Source of the DNA: Laetmonice hystrix | Taxonomy: Eukaryota | Direction: 5' to 3' | DNA length: 64,000 nucleotides | NCBI GenBank assembly: GCA_965235115.1 | Contig: OZ249436.1 | Location: forward strand, 35,280,001-35,344,000 | In this document: one piece after another, positions 55,931 to 64,000 of the stretch | How positions within the stretch are numbered: position 1 is the first letter of the stretch | Layout of the letters: every line of letters begins with the position of its first letter | Notes under the pieces: model-generated | What the model was told of the DNA's origin: nothing | The model's database searches: none | The model's input: only the letters and a program-made list of their open reading frames with translations | Translations under genes and position numbers: made by a program

Positions 55931-58159
55931 ATGTCAAAATATTTTATCATTGGAGTTTCAGGGTATGGAACAGGTTTATCACAATATCATTATCCCAGTT
56001 AAAACCTGGTGGATGTGCACTAATTTGTAAGTGGTATGCAGTTCACAATTTTTGCATATACTTAAATAAGCTCCTGCCAGGATTGTAATATTCTGCCTGC
56101 CTGGACGACTTTCTGTATCAATTGTCTAATTGAAAAATGTTTTTAGGACTTTCTGAGATATTGACATTCAATAATAACATTTAGACCAGTTGTTTGTATG
56201 GCTGGACCTTGCTACATGTCGACATTCTATGTCAACTCTCGCTAATTCATGCTGTTCAAAAACCATATAAAGATGAAAAATTTCTGGATACGGTTTTCAA
56301 AATGTTAATTGTATCAACTGAAGGATGGTATCTTTTGACAGTGCTACCAATGGGGGTAAGAGTACACTTTGTCATCGTTTGTGTCAACATTTCAAAAAGA
56401 CAAGCTGTATTTGTATGGACGACTATTTCTGGGTAAGCGATTCCTTAAAAATGAATAAAGATTGACTCGTATTTCAGTCATTCAAAAGCTGTCTCTAAGT
56501 TGATTATTTTCGAATTAAACTAGAGGATTCAATTCCTTAAACAAGGACAAAATATTCACCTAGAAACATTACGACATACATGAGGAGTTCACCCAAAAAA
56601 ATCCAGTCTGATTCACCATAATAGGAATCAGTAAAAAATCATTCCTTCAGTACATGTCGGGCTGTCCTGTATATTATATTAATCCTTATTTTAGGATCCT
56701 GACAGTGAGAACCATACAGTGACAGGAAATCTGAACTACATAAATTGGGAAGGTGAGAATGAACATCCAATGAAATTCCTTTTCTTTTTTTTTACATGGA
56801 AAAGAATGGGATGAAGTCAGTGGCATCAGATGTAATCTGTCATTGCTTTAGATAAAATAGTTTCTAAGAGCTGTTGAACGACGATTAGAAACTTTTAGGC
56901 TTTGCCTGATTAAATTTTGATTGTGAGAGCTCTACTCGGGGTACGAAAAATCTAACTTTTGGCCACTATCCCAGATGTCAAAAATACAGCTCTGTATGAG
57001 GAACATCATCAAAAGCACACAATGCTGTCTATTCCTGGCATTATTCTCTCCGGTCCTGCATGACCACGAAACCTACAAATTCAATTTCTCATTTTATCGG
57101 GACGTCCGTGAGATAAAAGGGCACATCCGTCAGACTAGTATAATGCATTTGCTTGGCTCTTGGGGGTGGTCTGACCCGAAAAAACGCTAGTCCCTGGCGT
57201 CCCAGATTTTTTTATCCCTGGCTACTGTAGTTTTTTAAATTCAGTTTCTGGTGATGTGATTTATTTCAGTTGTTACAGCAGTTGACTTTCAAAAGATGCT
57301 TGCCGATGTCAAAATATGGATTGAAGAGGCAAAGTCCAATACGACACAAGAAACGCCACTTCTCTTCATTGAAGGAATTGTCATTTTGAACTTCAAGTAG
57401 GTACCTGAAATACGGTTTTACAATTCTTAATTAAATATAATATTGACATGTATCAGTAGTTGATAGAGGGGGTGGGTATCACCTTGGGCAACAAAATTCT
57501 AAGTCCATTAAAATATTGCAGGATACACCTTCATTTCACCACCTGCAAGTTGATAAATATGTGTGTTTCAGACCTTTAGAGCCTTATTTCTCAAAAAAAT
57601 TCTTCCTAACAATGCCCAAGGACGTATGCTGGAACCGCAGAAAGTGAGTTACTGATGGCCTACTAATATAATACATTGATTCAGAAAATGGCTAAATGGC
57701 TGACCAGCAATATTTATCTTGACATTTTATTGTTCTTATATTTATTAAGAAACAAAAATAACAAAAGCAAGTTTCTCTATTCTTATTCCAGGCTAAGAGT
57801 ATACGTTCCTCCTGATCCACCTTGCTACTTTGATGCGATTGCATGGCCAATGTACTTGAAGAACAAGGAAGAACTCTCAGAACAGACAGACCTCGGTAGG
57901 TGTCTGCTCTCCTAGTCATACTATATTAAAGACCCCCTGAGGTCATCCTCATTGAAAATTTAGTGAAGCGAATATCATTTTTCAAGTTAGGGTAAAACTT
58001 GTAGGAACAATTCTTTAACTTATATTCTGCCTTTCTAAGTGTCCACTCAGACGTAAATCTTTATATATTTCAGTGTATATCGATGGATCTGGAGATCAAG
58101 AGAAAATCTTTGAAGAGGCAGTCGAAGAGATCCAACAATTGTTGGCACAGCGTAGCTAA
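55931..58159 (+). CDS. NMRK1: Nicotinamide riboside kinase, 7 coding exons: 55931-55962, 56342-56432, 56695-56752, 57270-57396, 57572-57643, 57792-57895, 58074-58159; 189 aa
   Basis: MSKYFIIGVSGATNGGKSTL (P-loop), CMDDYF, LLFIEGI, RRKLRVYVPPDPPCYFDAIAWPMYLK, VYIDG. Total 570 nt in frame. Likely co-orthologous to vertebrate NMRK1 and NMRK2. Confidence 0.93.
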
Positions 58160-58213
58160 GGCCAATCGTATAAAGGCTCAATCAGATTATCAGCAAAGAC
58201 TATGAGATTATCA

Positions 58214-58950
58214 AGACTCTTTCAGGTAACCTGTAGACAACAGGTATTGCTAATAAAGATGCAAGTCCATAAAAGTCGTTTTCCATATTTTAATGGATTC
58301 AAACCTAGGAAACCTTATAAATAAAAGATAATGTTTCTCATTCTCACAAGGTGTCCCCTTGTAGTTTTCATAAGATGAAATGCAGAAATACCACACTATA
58401 ATTTGTATGATCACTAATCCAAATCCAATCCTTGTAAACAAACAAGTCCTCTCCTCTGCTGATTTGGGGTCTGGTGCCCTGCCCCCAGTCGCCCACCTTT
58501 TAACAGCATCGCAAAAAGTCAATATTGTTCATGCAGAAAGAAATAAAATAAAAAAATTACTGCTTTGCCATGATTTCTTTTTCGTCTTATTAGAACAATA
58601 TTTTGTTTTTTGACACTGAACTTGTCCTCTGACATTTTGGTATCTGTACACATTTGTTTTCAAAAAAAGGATTACAAACGGTGAAACTACTTTCCTTCTG
58701 GGGTGCAAATTGTTGGTGAAAAGTCCTTTTCAACGTTGGTAACTTATTTGGTGCCCATGATTCAGTAACTAAAATCCAGTTCTTTCAAATTTGCACGACA
58801 AATAATTAGCTATTAAAACTTTGGGCAGATCAGAAATCACATGTTCTGACGGTAGTTCCTTCTCACGTCTCTCTGTCCCAGCATGAGACTCTTTCAGGTA
58901 ACCTGTAGACAACAGGTATTGCTAATGCAAGTCCATAAAAGTTGTTTTCC
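58214..58950. repeat. Direct repeat of about 65-70 bp (58214-58284 and 58886-58950) between convergent NMRK and DCP2 3' ends
   Basis: agactctttcaggtaacctgtagacaacaggtattgctaat[aaagat]gcaagtccataaaagt.gttttcc present twice. Confidence 0.9.
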
Positions 58951-58992
58951 TGTAGAGAGGAAGGATTCGAAGATATCCGTGTCTAACTGACG

Positions 58993-61900
58993 TTATAACA
59001 TGGAGTAGGCTGACATGACAGCATCAATGTCCAACCTGAAGTTCATCCATGTCTCAGAACCAAACGGTCCCTCCCGAGTCTTCATCACAGACCTTTTTAA
59101 GCCTTGTCCACCTCCATCACTAGTACCTGCAAGCAAAACAATAAATTCAAAATATCTGGTGGATCGAGCGAAACTCAAGATCGTAAATCTACAACATGAA
59201 CCTCTGCTTTGTGATTACATGTGCTGTGGACAGCCATGAAATTGGTCCATAAGATTTTACCGATTTCTGTTCTGGGTAGTGAAACTTGTTTATCTTTTAT
59301 CTCTGCAATGCAAAAACGTATTCGGATAGTACAATACATCTATAATATATTTGGACAAAGCGATACTTTCTATTAAACTGTGCCGACAGTGACTTCCTCG
59401 GCGTTGAACCAGATGTTGTGCCATCTCGTTTAAGGATCTGCAACTGTTTTTTATGCTGTTTTGGTGAAGAAACTTGTGACCGACCATGACCCTTTTGATT
59501 GTGAGCAGACGGAGATGCTGATCTTGTCCTTTGATCTTTGCTTCCTTTCGGTGTTTTGAGGTTCTTGCAGCTCATGTACTCTAAGAAATCATTCTGGATC
59601 TGGAAACAGATCAATTGTAGACAATGATGCACAACTTCTTGTCGAGACCCTAGCAAACTGAACTTTCACAGAAACGGCTCCATAAGTACATTACCATTTG
59701 TTTTTTAAATGTCCGACATCACAACAGTCCGAATTGAACCTCCACAATTACCATGTATGCTGCAGCCGTCAATAAAACAAAGGAATTAGTTGCTCCTGAA
59801 GTATGTTAAACTAGTAAAATAACCTATCCTATAAATTGAGATCACCTGTTGTTGGAAGTGCTGTTGCTGCTTCTGCCGCTGCTTCTCTGTGTTTGCTGAA
59901 GGATCCGATGATTCCGCACACTGGGACTTGGAACGTTGCCGTCGAGAAGACGCTCCTTGACTACCATCTGCCTCCCCACTTTTGCTTCGCCCTCGAAAAC
60001 TACCACTCAAGCTTGAATCTGACTCGCCAAGCTCGGGAGTCCGTCCCAGTCTCCTGGCTACCCATTTTCTTAGAGGCCTGCACAGGTTGAAGTTAGCATA
60101 TACATGTATGTGATTCTAACTGTTGGAAACTTTACATCGGTACTCAAATTCATGGAACAAATAACTGAATCCTGGCTCATGCCAATGAAATCTATTCCTG
60201 AAGACCTTGTAGTGATCAAAACTCTCAGGTAACTAGGGGAAAAAATTCTTCAATCAACACTGTTGGACTATTACAATATTACTCACAATAAAAAACCCCT
60301 ACTTTAAATTCACACTGAACATTTCAAATGTATGTGAAGTTCTAATCACTGACAGAACAATGTTATTCAGCTAATGTGTTTCATACCTATTTACAAAATT
60401 ATAGACCCATTTCAGCTTAGATATGAAATCGATATACAATGTATTTTAGATTAATTCATACTTACTTTACAAAAGGTATCACCATGAAGAATGCATTTGG
60501 AGGCAGGTTATAATGTGTTTTGCAGGCAATATCCTTCTTGTGTGCTGGAATTTGATCTATACGGAACCAGTCGAGTTTCTTGAATACAGAATATGCACAA
60601 CATTATAAACCTTCCATCCATACTTGAGAATGTTTTCCTTAATTAAGATTGTTGGTACACAACATTATAAACCATCAATACTTGAGAATGTTTTCCTTAA
60701 TTAAGATTGTTGATATTGGTATTTCTAAGGACAGATTCCTTTAATTTAGGAAGAAAATAACGTGCTTGTAATTCACAATTCATATGGCATATTTCAGTCA
60801 TGTACATGTAGTATAATTAAATGCATGTAAAACTTTATCTTTACCCTTATTTCTTTTCTTGTTCTTGGAGCAAACTTTGTTTCCATAGAGACACCAGGTA
60901 TGATATACAGCCGACTAATTTGTTCATTCATCTTGAATTCTATATACTCGTCTTTGTCAATCATGTTGCTGATATCAAATCCAGTTTCTTCAAATACCTG
61001 TAAACGGAAGGCACAGACTATGATATATCCTAGTGCATGTATCTGCATTCCCCTTCCATTAGTTTACTTTCAACCTATTATTATTTGTTTGGTGAAGCTT
61101 TTTTTATGAAATTACAAAATGTATAATAGTCGTTTGTATTTTAAAGGATTCTATTTTATCATGTTCAAATATTGGGAGACTTAACTTTCTTTACTGACAT
61201 GTTCCTCAATTTCAGCAACAAATTGGTTGTTCAGGAGATTACATTTGTATCATTCATCAGTACCATGACATTCCTTCACTCCTTTTCAGTAGGATTTTGA
61301 TGTAAGCAGAATGAGTTAACTGTATTGTAGTTACCTCCCGTATGGCACAGTCATACGACACCTCATCCTCGTTGACCTTCCCCTTTGGGAAACCCCAGTT
61401 AGCCTTTGACCAGTAGCCCTGAACTAGGAGACACTGCAAACACACCACATATTATCATTACTCTAACATTATCTGACTAAACCACAGCATTTTAAATACT
61501 ATTTGTGCACAGGCAGACAATGCAGCCAGTAGAACACCACCTTAACAGTGGATTTTGACACTGGGTAAGTTTTACATAAACGGGGGAAGTTGGCCGAAAG
61601 TTGAGAAAGAAAACACTCACAAATTGAAGTGAAGGGTCCAGCATGATGGCTCCGTATGTGGGAACAGCCATTTTGTATCCCCTCCATGATTCCAGTATCT
61701 TATCAACATTATCAGCATGGACAATAAGTGTTGGGCAGTGTCGGAAAACTTGGAACAATTAAGGAAGATAGCTGCACTTTTTAACACATTATGTAGAACA
61801 ACAAAGTACAAAGTAAAACAAAGATACAACTTGACAACGTGAACTCCAGCAATCCTTTTTTTAACCGGTATCCCATTCACACTCAATTTGAATGCTATTG

Positions 61901-62772
61901 AGACACACTTTGCATTTTTCAAGACAATCATTCACAATAACAATTTATCGGGAGTTTATAAAAGGATACTTTGTGCTGAGAAATCTTTAATTCCACAGGC
62001 CTTAAGTGAAGGGGTTTCTTGGCAGTAGAAGTCAAGATAAAACCAGTGGGCAAGTTCTATCTGGAAGAATATGCGTATCAGGTCCTGGCGTTCTTCCTCG
62101 GGTATGTTGATGATGAAGCGACTAGGAAAGAAAAAGCATCCCAATACTTGCTTAAACAGCACAAAGTATACAATATAAAGACAAAACTTAGTTAAAGATG
62201 CTGTTAATTTAAATGAATACTGGACATGCTGTCGCGTTCACACCTAGGGTCACCTAGGGTCCCTGGACAGTCCTAGCTGCTGGGATTCTGTGATGATGTT
62301 AGGCCTATAGTAGGCTTTTTTTCCCCTGGGTCTTGGGCCCAAAAAATAATACTGTGTATTATACCTGATAGCGTACTATACATGATCTTTTACAATAATA
62401 TAATGCATGTGAAAATTCCGCAAATCTAGTAAAATGTAATACTGTTAAAAGATGTTCAGTTGAATCCACTTAAATATTTGCATTCTTTACTGGACTAAAA
62501 TGATGATTACGGAAAAATATGTCATTATAATTACATACCTCAAAGTTAGTCTGGCCTTTGACAAATGATAAAGAACAGCTTCCCTAAAATAAAAGAAGCC
62601 CTAGATCCCAGCCCTGGACTGGTAGATTTTCTCTAATATATAACTTTCATTACCTGCACAAGTCGTCAAAGACATAGGTCGGAATCTGGAAGCCGGACGG
62701 TTGTGACTGGGATCCATTTGGGGTTAATGCTGAAGCTGAAGTCGAGATAGGTCTTGTAGGTGTGTGGCTCAT
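58993..62772 (-). CDS. DCP2: mRNA decapping enzyme 2; exons 62772-62654, 62121-61970, 61748-61621, 61433-61335, 60997-60845, 60578-60466, 60077-59846, 59599 to about 59367, last exon about 59125-58993 (final junction unresolved)
   Basis: Box [49 protein letters not shown], Nudix box [45 protein letters not shown]-terminal [17 protein letters not shown] motif. Confidence 0.95.
60596..60712. repeat. Tandem duplication of about 58 bp in a DCP2 intron
   Basis: cacaacattataaacc...atacttgagaatgttttccttaattaagattgttg occurs twice. Confidence 0.9.
61749..61969 (-). other. U12-type (minor spliceosome) GT-AG intron in DCP2
   Basis: 5' splice site GTATCCTTT (61969-61961), branch site TTCCTTAAT about 9 nt before the 3' splice site, no polypyrimidine tract; reading frame preserved. 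Confidence 0.9.
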
Positions 62773-64000
62773 CTTGGGAATTTTAGAAGTTCTGTGATTC
62801 TGCTAGACTGAAAATAAAAATATTTTGAACTAGAACATCTCTATTCTAAGGCCTACCTAACTTTCAGACTATCATGTGCCAAAATATTCATTGCCGGCAG
62901 CAGCACAAGCTAAAGCTAGGTGTCGACTTGTCTTTAGACAGATTTCTATATTTGGGTTATTATAAACATTTTATTTTCTTAAAATTAATAAAAAAAAAAT
63001 TGTGATGCACCCTCTCCCAGACCAAATGTGTCCCATGGATGCAAACAGCCTCCAATTCAATGGGCTTACCAGCTAAAAGGTGCGACTTGCCGCATGGCAA
63101 CTCCTAATTTGACACCCTGGGGTACATTCTGACTGTATACCTGCGCGACTGGTGCAATCTTTTGAATCTAATACTTGCAGGTAACGCAGTGTTTTTTTGG
63201 CAGGAAGACGGTAACATTCTTGAACAGCTATTCTGCCAGAACGATCCCTTTACTTCTGGTGTGCGTGTGCACTTATTACAGTTGTGGACTTAGAAATGTT
63301 TCCTTCATTTTCCTGCCTGCAGGCGTTCAACACACACTATTGTGCCGGCATTACGGTCAGTCAGGTTGGGGGGGGGGGGGCACTCAGTCGTCGGGGGCTT
63401 TGCCATGGGCCTCAGTCGGGGGGGGGGGGGGTCAAGGGGGCTCAGTTGGGGCGGGGGGGCTTAGTGCCAATTTTGAGTTAACCCTCCTGATTTTGTCGTG
63501 ATGAGATCCTGGGGCCGGTTAAATATACTAATGGCAGTGTTCTCGCACTCTGATGTGACGACACAATGTTGACACCAGTGCTGAGATGAGCCCATCTCGC
63601 ACTCCCAGGGAAGTAGTCCTAATGACGACGCATATCACATGTAAACAAAAGCCTCATTGTGTGTCATCAAGTAGTGCCACACACAGATACTCTCACAAAA
63701 TCTGTATTTCTCACGATTTATTTTGCATATCATACAAAAATCTAATAAAGGCTATTAAAGTGACTTTGCAACGTCGAGAGTGAGGGACGGGTCAAGGAGT
63801 TTTGTTGTCACATCGTCTTTGCTGGCCTCCTACTGCAACAATGGCACTTGTCCAAAATTATTGTGACGTTACAGTATCTTAGTGATGACAATACAACTGT
63901 TCCGTCATAATAAGGTAGTCATTCTAATAGAAACCGCGCCCTGACGTAACAATGGCCCAGAAACCCTATGCGTAGTAATATATATTGCACAATGCTTAAC

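Noticed and set aside
59357..59366. GTATCGCTTT donor resembling a second U12 site in DCP2
   Set aside because: Mismatch in the conserved ATCC core and no U12 branch consensus seen downstream.

Overview
Intron-rich eukaryotic DNA from an invertebrate animal (inferred from gene content, GT-AG introns and a MITE-rich background; the species cannot be determined here). Exon-by-exon reading supports, in order: gluconokinase IDNK (+, 412-3903, with a GC-AG intron), proteasome ATPase PSMC3/Rpt5 (+, 7507-13237), ESCRT-I subunit UBAP1 (-, 24267-18131), a small UMA-domain-only UBAP1 paralogue transcribed head-to-head with it and absent from the ORF track (+, core exons 28727-29652), an MFSD12-like transporter with a long C-terminal tail (-, 37690-31180), a single-coding-exon ankyrin/SOCS-box gene (+, 42040-42900), gamma-glutamyl hydrolase GGH (+, 44906-48248), a decayed transposase-like remnant (about 52420-53850), a 109-aa ORF that appears to share a transcript with nicotinamide riboside kinase (+, 54604-54933 and 55931-58159), and the decapping enzyme DCP2 (-, 62772-58993, with a U12-type intron). 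Introns and UTRs carry many small TIR elements, several with clear target-site duplications. The two most interesting observations are the UBAP1/UMA-microprotein divergent pair and the candidate bicistronic ORF109-NMRK locus behind a CDE/CHR-like promoter. All exon coordinates were read by eye; no searches were run.
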